Origin: the human T2T-CHM13v2.0 reference genome, Homo sapiens
Assembly (NCBI RefSeq): GCF_009914755.1
Contig: NC_060926.1
DNA: 64,000 nucleotides
Direction: 5' to 3' (one strand)
In this document: positions 1 through 13,746 of the stretch, one piece after another
Position numbering within the stretch: the first letter of the stretch is position 1
Layout of the letters: the number at the start of each line of letters is the position of its first letter
Position numbers and translations under genes: made by a program
Notes under the pieces: model-generated
What the model saw: only the letters and a program-made list of their open reading frames with translations
What the model was told of the DNA's origin: nothing
Database searches by the model: none

Positions 1-125
1 TTGTAGAGATGGTGTCTTGCCATGCCCAGGTTTCACACTGGCCTCACATTCCTGGGCTCAAGCGATCTGCCTACCTCGGTCTCCCAAAGTGCTGGGATTA
101 CAGGTGTGGGCCACTGTGCCGGGCC
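1..125 (-). mobile_element. Alu, partial at window edge
   Basis: ctcccaaagtgctgggattacagg (reverse complement of Alu 5' end). Confidence 0.85.
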
Positions 126-307
126 AAGGCATTGCTTTTTCATGTGCCTATCATTATAATTCTTTTCAATCATTGTTTAGAAGATTGTCTAAGATTATAC
201 ATAGCATATAATCACAAACTTAGAAGAATATTCAAAGTAGAAGGGATGTCTATGATAATCCTAGGTTCTTAATCTTTTTGACCTGGATTCATATAAGAAC
301 AGAACAT

Positions 308-620
308 GGTTGGGCATGTTGGCTCACATCTGTAATCTCAACACTTTGGGAGACTGAGGCAGGAGGATTGCTTGAGGCCAGGAGTTTCAGACAAGCCTGA
401 GCAACATAGGGAGACCCCATCTCTGCAAAAAATTAAAAAGTTAGACAGGCTTGGTGGCTCATGTGGTCCCGGCTATTCAGGAGACTGAAGTGGGAAGATT
501 ACTTGAGCCAGGGAGGTCGATGTCTCAAGTCAGCTATGATGGCTACAGTAAGCCATGATCGCACCACTGCATTCCAGACTAGGCAACAGAGTGAGACCCC
601 CTCTTGCGGGAGGGAAAAAA
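308..620 (+). mobile_element. Alu (old, J-like)
   Basis: diverged dimeric Alu with A-rich linker and tail. Confidence 0.85.
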
Positions 621-834
621 AGAATAGAATAAAAGTTGAAAACTGCACATGAATATAATTTTGTTTGTGGATTCAGAGACTCACTCATCACTTAAAACTC
701 TAGGTTTAAAATTGTGTGGGAATAGAAACTATATATTTATGAGTTTTCACTCTGTCTCATACTTTAAGATTTTAAGACTGTCCAAATCCATGTAATTTCC
801 AAGTTACATAAGCACAGCAAAAAAACCCCATATA

Positions 835-960
835 TTGGCTTTGAAGTCAAGACAGCTCTCAATCCATTCAGTTGTGCCATATAACATCTGTGGGTTTGCA
901 CACAGGTAATTATATAACCTCTCTGAGCCCCCATCTCCTCATCTATAAAATAAAGATATT
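835..960 (+). mobile_element. MIR fragment
   Basis: ctctctgagcc...ctcatctataaaat core motif. Confidence 0.55.
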
Positions 961-1256
961 ACCACTTACATTTGTCTTCAGCAAAAAGTACTGGCTACTT
1001 AGGACATATAGATGAGTATCTATAAAATTAATAGAAGCAGTACTTTAATGAATGTAACAGCAATTTCACTGTGTTGATGTTTCTTTTGTAATTGGTAAAC
1101 TTTTACTTTTAGTTCATTATGAAGAAAAAAAAATCCCAGAAGTATATTAGCTGAGATTTTGTTCAACAAAATTATTAAGAGTAACCATATTTTTAAGAAA
1201 AGCTCATTTTTATGGTATGATTTTTCATCCCAAATAATTTCATAAATAAGAAATTT

Positions 1257-1562
1257 GGCTGGGCATGGTGGTTCACACCTGTAATCTCAACACTTTGGAA
1301 GGATGCAGCAAGAGGATCACTTGAAGAGTTTGAGACCAGCATAGTCAACCTAGCAAGATCCCATCTCTACAAAAAATTTTAAAATTAACCAGGCATGGTT
1401 GTAAGTCCTGTAGCTGTAGTCCTAGCTACTCGGGAGGCTGAGGTGGGAGGATCACTGGTGCCCAGGAGGTCAAGGCTGCAGTGAGCCATGATCATGCCAC
1501 TGTACTCAGGTCCAGGCAACAGCATGAGACCTTGTCTCCAAAGAAAACAAAAAACAGAAAAA
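1257..1562 (+). mobile_element. Alu (J-like)
   Basis: dimeric Alu, ggtcaaggctgcagtgagc. Confidence 0.88.
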
Positions 1563-1701
1563 CATTTTAACTATATTTACTGGTTCAGGTCATATTTATA
1601 TATTATTAGTATTTATGCATATTTCTACAGAATGTTACCATGTCTCCATTTTATAATTTCTACTTAATCTGAGATTCCTTGAGTTAGTATCTAAAAATAG
1701 A

Positions 1702-2046
<345 letters not shown>

Positions 2047-2281
2047 TTATTAAGAACATGCTTTACACAAGATGCCTATACAGATCCTGTTCTCAATCAG
2101 CTTCGAGTCTAAAATAAAGGATGAGGATAAGTAAACAAATAACTATGGGCAAAAAAGTAATAAATGTCTCAGAAAAGTTACATTATGAGATTCAGAGATG
2201 AAGGGGTACTTACAACTGGAAGGAAATCAGAAAAATCTTTCATGAACTTAGCATTTTAGTATTCCCTGAAGGGTAGGTAAA

Positions 2282-2595
2282 TTTTATTTTATTTTTTTAT
2301 GTTTTATTTTTTTTTTTGAGACGTTGTCTTGCTCTGTCTCCAGGCTGGCGTGCAGTGGCATGATCTCAGCTCACTGCACTTCCACCTCCTAGGTTCAAGC
2401 GATTCTCCTGCCTCAGCCTCCCAAGTAGCTGGGAATACAGGCGCACACCACCATGCCCAGCTAATTTTTGTATTTTTAGTAGAGATGGGGTTTCACCATG
2501 TTAGCCAGGATGGTCTCGATCTCTTGCCCTCGTGATCCGCCCGCCTTGGCCTCTCAAAGTGCTAGGATTACAGGCGTGAGCCACCGTGCCCAGCC
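2282..2595 (-). mobile_element. Alu (Sc-like)
   Basis: poly-T followed by reverse Alu. Confidence 0.92.
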
Positions 2596-2944
2596 GGGTA
2601 GGTGAAATTTTAAAACGATATGTGATTTTAAAAGCTACATGCTATTAAAAAGTACATTTTCTTGTATGTTGCTTATATCTCAATAAAACTGATTTAAAAA
2701 GAAAAACATGTAAATACTCCCAGTAGAGGCGATACATTTGACAAGGGTCCTGAAACAGTAAGACTGGGACTTACACTGGGCAAGAACTGGGACCCATATT
2801 TCCTAGAAAAGGGGCCCTCCTGGGCTCCTCTCTCTTCTCATTCTACACACTGTCTATGAAATCTCATTCACTCCTCTACGATGATGACTCCCAACCATAT
2901 CTCCTGCCCACTTCTTTCAACCTCCAGAACCACATATACAACTA

Positions 2945-3261
<317 letters not shown>

Positions 3262-3977
3262 CTAACATGTCCCAAATTGAATTTGACATCCTGCCCATAA
3301 ATCTGTTCCTCCATTGGTTTACCTTCCCAGATTCCTCTAACCAGACCAAAACCTCAGGGATCATTCTAGGTTTTTGTCCACCATATTTAAATGGTTGGTC
3401 ACTAAGACCTCTATATTTAATCCCTGCAGCCACTGCAATTAAATCTTAACTGATGTTCCAACCTCCATCTTACAACTGCCTTGACCTCTACCCCAAATTT
3501 GATACTAAGAGGTCAAGGCTGTGTCTTAACCATCTGTGTATCTCTAGCCTTAAACAGGATTTATACACAGAGAATATTTAACAAAAAGATGCTCAATAAA
3601 CGTTGAGTCAGTGAGTAGAGAAGCAAATTAGTTTCCCACTACTCCTCCACAGAGGCACTCTATTCTCCAGACTTGTTTTTTTCATACCTCTGTTTCCTCA
3701 GCCTAGAGTCAATGCCCTTCCCAATCTTGCTAATCTCCAGGTAGTGTCTTCTCCTCTGTGCTCCACTAACCAGGTAACGTATTTCTAATAAGACCTTATG
3801 ACACTGTCTTATAATCATCTGCTGGCACCTTAAGACATTATTCATGATTGCCACCTCTATGGTATCCCTTTATCTTAATAATATTTGTTATTATAATCAC
3901 CAATAATTTGATAAGTGTATTTATCATCTCTAAAAATTGATGACTTTCTATATAGTAGGGATTGTGTTTCATATAAC

Positions 3978-4362
3978 TGTTACAGGCTGAAATGCATCTC
4001 CTCTAAATTTATATGTGGAAGGCTTAACTCCCAGTACCTTAAAATATGACTGTATTTGGAGACAAGGCCTTTAAAAAGATAATTAAAATGAGGACATATG
4101 GGTGGGTTCTAATCCAATCTGACTGATGTCCTTACAAGGAGAGAAAATTTGGACACACCAAGAAACACCAAGGGCACACAAGCATAGGGAAAAGGCCATG
4201 TGAGGACACAGAGAGAAGGAGGCCACCATCTGCAAGCCAAGAAAAGAGGCCTCAGGAGAAACCAACCTGCTGACACTTTTATTTTGAATTGATAACCTCT
4301 AGAACTGTGAGAAAATTAATTTCTGTTACATTTTGTTATGGTAGCACTAGTAAACTAATACA
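3978..4362 (+). mobile_element. MaLR LTR (MLT1-like)
   Basis: tgtta...ccatctgcaagccaag...gaggcctcagga...aactgtgag...actaataca. Confidence 0.8.
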
Positions 4363-4432
4363 ATTACATATAGAATAATGCCTGCCACATAGTAGTTATC
4401 CGGTAGGCATTATGGATCTATCATAATACTGA

Positions 4433-4474
4433 TATATCTATATCTATATCTATATCTATATCTATATCTATATC
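4433..4474. repeat. (TATATC)n microsatellite
   Basis: about 7 direct copies. Confidence 0.9.
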
Positions 4475-5679
4475 TTGGTCTCAAAAGGCAAGAATTGTCA
4501 GAGTCATCTTTGTAGTCTAGGCACCCAGCTCAGTAATTAGCAGATAGTACTCATAAACACTAACAGAAAAATGAGTGAGTTTGGTTGAAACAACTCATGA
4601 AATACAACTGTGGCAGATAAATTTAGAAATGTATTAAGAGCAAAACACAGAGGGCTCCAAAAGTTTGGGTGAATCTGGGGGCTTTAATCCTATACAATTT
4701 GAACAACATAGAAGATTTTGAGACAACTAAAACATTAGGGCGAAAATTTCAGCAAAACTAGTCAAATGATGGTATATAGCATATGAATAGGCCTGGGGGA
4801 TATAGGAGGGGTGAACTGCAAGACCGAGAATGGGGATGAGCCAAACATAATATATCATGTATCTATACTGTAGTAATTAGGGCCAAATATCTGATACTGG
4901 TCACATTTAGAACACAGGTCAATTTCTTCTTGTTCCCATCATTTAATTTCTGTTCCCATCATCCTCAAGGGAGACAATCTGGGTCAACACTTAGGCAACG
5001 TGTATATCTTTCAAAATGTTGGCTTTTGTCTTCTATGTATATGTTAGTTTTTTCCCCAAATGGCCAAGTGTTCTGTAAAAGAGAACACTGTAAGCTTCCA
5101 AATACTCATGGGAACTTGTAAACGTAATACAACATTCATGTAATTTCCACTTGCTACACAACACACCCTGAGGATGTTTTTCTGGAACATAACAAGTGGT
5201 TCTGTTGCTAAGAAAAAAAAAAGAGGTTGCTTGATGAAAGATATGAAAAAAATCTAAACACAGCCAAAATAATGCATTTGAACAATATCACTTTTTGTAT
5301 CAGAACAAGTGAAGAAAGCAGAGCCATATTCTTTCATTGTGGAACTGCATTTTGTAGTAAAATATTATTATGCACCAGAAACCATTACTTCTTCCTTAAA
5401 ATATTAATATCAATGTGGTTATAATTAATTACTGAGAAGGGAAAAATATGGATTGATCTTCTCAACTGGCTTTTTCTAAGCACTTAAATTCATTTTCACT
5501 ACCAGCCCTTAGATTTGTTTCAAAATAGAATTACATTTAAAGTATGGTCCAGGGAATGTAATAAGCACAAAGTATAAAGGGTCATTCTAGAGCAAATATG
5601 CAGGTACCCACTAAGAAACCAACTTATAAAAAAATTAAAGCACAATTTAAATAATGATCATAAGAATACAAACACAAAC

Positions 5680-5950
5680 AGCTAACCTTTATGGAACTCT
5701 TATCATGTCCCAGCTACTCTGCTAAAGGCTTAAGATATTTAGGATGAACCATATGAAAATGGCAATTTCATAAGGTTCAACCTAATACACTTGCTCATTT
5801 AATTCTTACAACCATCCCATTTAAGAATGTTGTTATCATCCCCATTTTACAGATGAGGAAACTAAAATTCAGAAGGCTTAATTTGATCAAAGTTAAAGAG
5901 CTAGGAAATAGGAGAAATGGGACTAAAGCCTAGGTCTGAATCCAAAGCCC
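5680..5950 (-). mobile_element. MIR
   Basis: ccccattttacagatgaggaaact. Confidence 0.7.
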
Positions 5951-6044
5951 ATATTCTCATTACATATTACACAATAACAGCAGTCTCTGCGTCTTGAAAA
6001 CCAGGCTGAAGGTATAGGCACACAAGCACTCTCACACACTGCTC

Positions 6045-6558
<514 letters not shown>

Positions 6559-7046
6559 CGCTGCTGGTATAATTTTTAAGAATTTTGAGAGAAAATTTTA
6601 ATAGTACAGATTAAAAGTCTTAAAAGATATATATTCTTTGATCCAGAAATTTCACTTTAAGGAACTTATTCTAAGGAAATAATTAAGAATCAACATAAAA
6701 TTTGCATTACAAAGATATTTATCAGCGTTTATAAAAGAGGAAAAAACTAAAAAATCTAATATGTCCAACAATCGGGTATTAGCTGTTATATGAGATCTAC
6801 ATATGATTAAAATAATGTTGGAGAAATATATTAATTAATAAGCTTTTCACAAAATATTATAGGAATGACAAAATTTATAAAAATCCTAGTCATTTTAGTA
6901 AAACTAAGATGCATGTATATATTCTACATACAGTATATCCGTGGATGGGGACGGAAACAGAGAAAAAACACTAAGTGATGGAATTAATACGTTTTTAATA
7001 TTCTTCTTTGTTCTACTTTCGCATATTTTTCTATAAGATATATATA

Positions 7047-7342
<296 letters not shown>

Positions 7343-7350
7343 GTATATAC

Positions 7351-7351
<1 letters not shown>

Positions 7352-7390
<39 letters not shown>
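7352..7390. repeat. (TG)n microsatellite
   Basis: about 19 TG units. Confidence 0.95.
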
Positions 7391-7393
<3 letters not shown>

Positions 7394-7703
7394 ATAAAAT
7401 AACTTAAAAAGAGGTAAAGCAAACAAACAGCAAAAACTATAAGAGGCAAATAACATAAAGCTGAAAAACTGTTACATAGGAAGTCCAGCCATCCAAAATT
7501 TTATTCTGCCTCCTAACTTGGAAATTACTGGGTTGATGCAAAACAACTGCAGTTTTTGCAATTATAGAATCTGTGATTTATTATGGTTGAAACTGAAGCA
7601 AAAAATATCTAATTTCATGTGAAATTGAGAAATCTAGGTCATTTTACCATATGGCCTGGGTTGAGAACCACTGCCTCAAAATACAGATACAAAACAAAGC
7701 ACA

Positions 7704-8004
7704 GGCCAGGCGCGGTGGCTCACACCTATAATCCCAGCACTCTGGGAGGCCGAGAGGGGCAGATCACCTGGGGTCAGGACTTTAAGACCAGCCTGGCCAA
7801 CATGATGAAACCCCATCTCTACTAAAAATGCAAAAATTAGCTGGGCGTAGTGGCACGTGCCTGTAGTCCCAGCTACTCGGGAGGGTGAGGCACGAGAAAG
7901 AATCACTTGAATCCAGGAGGCGGAGGTTACAGTGAACCACTATCGCGCCACTGCACTCCAGCCTGGGTGACACAGTGACTCTGTCTCAAACAAAAAACAA
8001 AACA
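7704..8004 (+). mobile_element. Alu (S-like)
   Basis: full length; TSD aaaacaaagcaca. Confidence 0.92.
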
Positions 8005-8422
8005 AAGCACAAATTATACTCTAAATATCTTTAGATAACAAAAACTTAAATGAATGTTTTAAAAATAAGAAGCATTTTTTTTTAGTATTACCTATCAAAT
8101 AAATAGAATTCTCAATAGAGTGAAAAAGCGAAAAGTGGCTCCTGACAGCCAGGAGTTGGCCTGGCACTGTCAGCTAGGCCTCGGCGTACTACAATTAAAC
8201 ATAAACAATTTCACAGAAAGTGGCTCCTGACAGCCAGGAGCTGGCCTGGCACTATCAGCTAGGCCTCAAGGTACTACAATTAAACATAAACAATTTCACA
8301 GAACACCAGTATCAGACAAGGCCACCCTGTGCTCATGATGGGTCAAGAGAAAAATTAAACCACTCTGTCTAATCATGTCTAAACACAGACAAAACATGAA
8401 CATTGTCCTGACCACAAAAAAA

Positions 8423-8466
<44 letters not shown>

Positions 8467-8467
8467 C

Positions 8468-8770
8468 AGGCTGGGCACAGTGGCTCAGGCCTGTAATCCC
8501 AGCACTTTGGGAGACCGAGGCTGGCAGACCACTTGAGATTACAAGTTTGAGACCAGCCTAGCCAACATGGTGAAACCCCATCTCTACTAAAAATACAAAA
8601 ATTAGCTGGACGTGGTGGCAGGTGCCTGAAATCCCAGCTACTCGGGAGGCTGAGCCAGGAGAATCACTTGAACCCAGGAGGCGGAGGTTGCAGTAAGCTG
8701 AGATCATGCCACTGTACTCCAACTGGGGCAACAGACGGAGATTCCATCTCAAAAAAATAAAAATAAACAA
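8468..8770 (+). mobile_element. Alu (S-like) preceded by (TAAA)n
   Basis: full-length Alu. Confidence 0.9.
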
Positions 8771-8808
8771 TAATAGCCAATGACCAAACATAATCCTGAC
8801 TAATATGA

Positions 8809-9202
<394 letters not shown>

Positions 9203-9954
9203 AACTTCTGTTTCTTTATCAATCACAGCTTTATTAGCCTTGCTCCATTTTCTTGCCTTCTAGGTTCTTAAAATTATTCCTACTTTCTAACAGCATCTAA
9301 TCCACTGCAAAGCCCCACTTCCTTATACTCTAACCAAAATCACTTAACGCAAGTCCAAATCCTATATGGTTCCCTATGACACATATTCTTCCTCAGTATA
9401 ATAAATCACCTCATTTTGTTTTACTGCAGATATATTCCTGGCAGTCTTCCCTGGAGAGCGATAACAAAAGTTGGGACTATACACTTGAATACAGGATGGA
9501 TTAGGAGTAAAATAACACAGTTACATAGAAATCCCAACAATCAAAAGAACAGATAACATTCTACATAAAGAACAGATAACATTCCACATAAAAGGATCTT
9601 TTGACACATAAACTGATCCTATTATGGATTTCCATGAATTCGAAATTCTGAATCTTTATCAGCCCTGCAATTGTTGACTAATATATTTTCAATTAAATTC
9701 TCAAATTACAATGTAAATATAAAAAGTAGAAGGTAAATGAAGAAACAAACCCCTGAAAATAATACCTACAACTATACAATTCTCTACTTTAAACACATTA
9801 TTTTTATGTAGGCTATGAGCTTCTTATTGAGAAGTTTTGAAAAACAACAGGTCATGAAAATTATCTATCTAGAACACAGGCATGACTTAGTATTTAAACG
9901 GTAAACTGTCTTCTGATTGATTATCAAGGGGAACCTTGCCCTATGCATCCTTAC

Positions 9955-10114
9955 CTCCTGGGTCCTTATCTGGATTATACTCTAAAGCATTGCTACAGAT
10001 GAGGTCAATATCTTTCAGGAAATCCTTTGCAGTCAGGTAATTATGTTTATCAATTTTAGTTATTACTGTTGATAAGTCCATTGGTTCCTTGATTACTTCA
10101 AGATAATCTGAAAC
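9955..10114 (-). CDS. ATAD2B: ATAD2B coding exon: bromodomain core (VSDYLEVIKEPMDLSTVITKIDKHNYLTAKDFLKDIDLICSNALEYNPDKDPG)
   Basis: ctgttttag acceptor, GAG|gtaagg donor; 160 nt; DYxxxIKxPMDL and NAxxYN bromodomain motifs. Confidence 0.96.
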
Positions 10115-11591
10115 CTAAAACAGATATTTTAATAAAAATTACTTCCAGTTTTTCACATCATCTCAGTTCATAAAAACACAAAATAAAAACAAAGTTCTTT
10201 AAAAATTAAATCTAAATATCAAATAAATAATTTATAAAGATAAAATTGCAGCGCTATTTATGCTACCAAAGTTACTATCTGTCATACTTTCCATGAAAGC
10301 TTCAGTTTCCAAGTCATACCTAAATCAACTCTGAAATGTTTCTGTTCTTAAAATTTGAAACCATGTCAGCTTTTTTTTTTTTTTTTTAATCCTTTGGGCA
10401 TATCCGGGAAGATAATGTATGGGCAAAAGTTCCCAATGAGCATCAATAAATATGACTTCAGGAAAAAAATTAAGGAAAATAAAAAGCAAAGACTTTTCAT
10501 ACTATGAGATAAGTTATTCTGATAAATCTCTTTAAATTTTCAACAAAAATTTTCTTTTTCAGTTTTCTAGAGTGAACTATTTCATGGAAAGTATTTTCCA
10601 CTCCTTTGGAGTCATCACAAACATTTAGAGTCAATTATATAAGAAAATTAAGTATAGTTTTCCTAACCAGTACGAGATCTGCTGGATTTGTCCCTAAGTA
10701 TAAAGAAATCTACAAACAAACAAACATGCTGCTTTCTGTGCTGATTTTCTGTGAGATAACCCTAAACAGGAGATATTACGTCATGATTTGCCCAATAAAT
10801 TGAGTATCCCTGACCAACAAGAAAGTGTTAGCAACTTATGTATCTACTGCCTTCCCCAATGCAAATCTCAAATCAAGTAAATAGGTTTGCTATAACAGCA
10901 GTCTTAGCAGTAATGTCTAAAATTAGTCCAGGAAAGATTTCTGGGGAGATGGTTAAGTTCTGCTCTATGAAGTTTCAGATGGCATCGATACCATTATTTT
11001 TAAATTTACACATTCACACACACACGCACATATATGTAATTTATATGTTTTTTAATGTTTAGGATTACTTATAAAAAATATTAAGTAGAAGTGTATGTGT
11101 GCTTTATTTTTCACCTTTTAGGAACTGAAAAACCAGTCAATCTCCCTATAAGGGAGGTAGCAGAGTTATACTGAAACAAACTACCTCAGAAGATATTAGC
11201 TGGATTCCTGCTTCTGGTATTTGACATAAATGCCTGTGTATAAGTGGAAACTGTTTTATAAACTAAAAAGCACTATAAAATGTATATTATTAAAGACTAT
11301 AAATGTTACCACTCTATGCTTAATTTTAAATTTAACATTTATTTTCTAAAGTTTTGCTTTCTCTGCAGTCTGCTTTGGAATTTGATAAAGTTTTCAGACA
11401 TTTTAAATTCATTAGTTAAATAAAAACTTTTGTTTTAGGTTATCTTGTTTTCCCCTCTCTATCCTTCCCAGAGACTCCTATGTTCTCAGCTTAAGAGCAG
11501 AACGAACCTAAGAAGAAAGATAAAGGAGAAAAGAAGAGAAATACAACCCTAAATAAAATATTTATCTGACCAACATTTTCTATCCCCTTAC

Positions 11592-11667
11592 CGTCATTTA
11601 TAAAACTATTACAGATGGCATTTGAAAATCTGACAAATCTTCTTTGATTAGAAAGAAAAGAGTTTTC
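11592..11667 (-). other. Candidate frameshifting cassette exon (76 nt)
   Basis: ttttgcttttgctcag acceptor, ACG|gtaagg donor. Confidence 0.35.
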
Positions 11668-13112
11668 CTGAGCAAAAGCAAAATTGGTTTACTCTCAGCA
11701 TGGGAAGTTGAGTTGGGGGCAAGCCCCTATCCTTTAAGAAGTGTTAGAGTCCAAATATACCAAATAGGGGAGTGGAAGAAAGGGCACACACACATATCAC
11801 ATTTATTTAAAATAATTTTTTAATCGGCTGATAGTTTTAAAATTATTTAAAAACACTATGGGGGGGGGGATGACCCAGCAATATAAACTGATATTTATTA
11901 ATTTAAAAAGCCAATTAGGCATGTCCTGTTATCCCAGTGGAAAGATATAAAGTAGCTATGATAATGAATGTGGGCTTTGAATTTTAAAAAACTTTCAAGT
12001 CTTGGCTATGTCACTTGCCAACAAGTCTGTTTCCTCAACTGCAAAGTAAGAATAATAATAATGATCCTACAAGGTTGATAAGAGGATCAAATGGAAAAAA
12101 CAGTGTATTGTGGATAAAGGTACAAATAAAATTATAGATAGTCTCTTCATTCCAAAAAGGGGGGAAAGTATTTCTTTTCAGACTTGCCAGGGGGGAGGAA
12201 TGTAAATGCTAGCTCATTCTTCCTAGTAACAGATGAGGTAATGGTTTCAAAGGTATCTGCTCAGGTCCAAAAGCACAGATTTCACAATTAGGATACAACA
12301 TTAAACCCTGAATCACCCATAATTCATTTTTTTAAAAAAAGAAATGAATAAAAACTAAAAACACCAAAGCTGTTCAAACATGGAGTCTGAACTATAAGAA
12401 AGAGGCCAGTAAAGATTACATTGTGTTCATCCACACACTACATTATCCCAGGATAAAACAAAAACCAAAAATGTAGTTGATAGTATTAGATTCCCAAATG
12501 GAAAATTTCTTTTCTCATCATCACAAACCATGCTCCCACAAGCACACAAAATAATACACATATAAAGTGAGAAATTTTCCACTGGGAGCAGAGAAAATCC
12601 TTAGAAAGAAAAATAATTTAGTTGCACGGGATATGTTTTAACTTCAAACAGCATCCCAGCCACAGGCATTTCCAAAATATGAAAGACAAAGAAATTTCAG
12701 GTTTTTAGCTACCTCTTTTGATGAGGTATACATAATTTGGGAAATGCCAGTATTAACTGGTATTGATTGGTTAATACCAATATACTCTTTGACAGCAGAA
12801 TTTATCCTGGAATAAAAATAATCTAGTATGGATATTTGACTAAGGCAACCTTTAATCCTCTTAAATCGAAGAGTAAGAGACCACAAAGGTTAATAATAAT
12901 TAAGAGGCCAATATAAATTGGTCGCTAATTTCATCCAAAAGTCACCAGATGTTTGCTGATGACATCGGTAGTTATCACATGGATTAAAATTTTATAGGCT
13001 AGGGGTAATATTCATCCATGCCTTTGCTTTTTTTTCCTTCCAAAAAAAGATGTCAATATTTTTTTCTTTTAGCCAGTTCAACTTCACTGTTTGCACACTA
13101 CTGAAACAAGAC

Positions 13113-13309
13113 CTCTTCAATATCCACCGGTTTGCTGAAGATGTTAAAGCGTTTATCTGTGGCCAGCCTCTTGGTTACATCCCTGAGAAACAACCGCAAC
13201 TCTCTTAAAGTATTTTCCTCCTGGTCCTCCATTCGACTTTTTTCTGATTCTGATAATTGACGAGGTGGAGAAGGTAGTGCAAGAGGAAGCACTTCCATAG
13301 CACAAAGAG
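13113..13309 (-). CDS. ATAD2B: ATAD2B coding exon: bromodomain N-terminal part (ALCAMEVLPLALPSPP...RLATDKRFNIFSKPVDIEE)
   Basis: ttttctctag acceptor, weak GAG|gtcttg donor; 197 nt, phase 1 to 0; FxxPVD ZA-loop motif. Confidence 0.93.
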
Positions 13310-13410
13310 CTAGAGAAAACAGAAGAAAATGTTAAGATTCCAACGTCGTGGGCCAGGACCCTTTTTTGGCATTCTCTCAAAATGTTCTTTAAAGAAAAGA
13401 ATTACAAATA

Positions 13411-13746
13411 CAGTCATGTGTTGCTTAACAACAGGGATACATTCTAAGAAATGTGCAGTTAGGCAATTTTGTCATTGTGTGAACATCATAAGAGTATACC
13501 TGCACAAACCTAGATGGTATAGCCTATGACATACCTAGGCTATATGGTAAAGCTTATTGCTCCTAGGCTACAAACCTGGACAGCATGTGACTATACTGAA
13601 TACTGTAGGCAACTGTAGCACAGTCGTATTTCTGTATCTGAACATAGAAAAGGTATAGTAAAAATACAGTATTATACTTTTATGAGGCCACCATCGTATA
13701 TGCAGTCCATCGTTGACCAAAACGTCATTATGCAGCGCATGACTAT
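13411..13746 (+). mobile_element. Tigger3a/MER7-like (TcMar) nonautonomous DNA transposon
   Basis: cagtcatg...catgact TIRs, TA flanks, acaaacctagatggtatagcct internal motif. Confidence 0.85.

Noticed and set aside
12943-12969. Small hairpin accagatgt...acatcggt, and similar ones near 27047 and 34225
   Set aside because: Too short to call an ncRNA; no convincing C/D or H/ACA box layout or miRNA-length stem.
13105-13113. Atypical donor as a possible U12-type intron
   Set aside because: Lacks the GTATCCTT 5' motif and an evident TCCTTAAC branch site.
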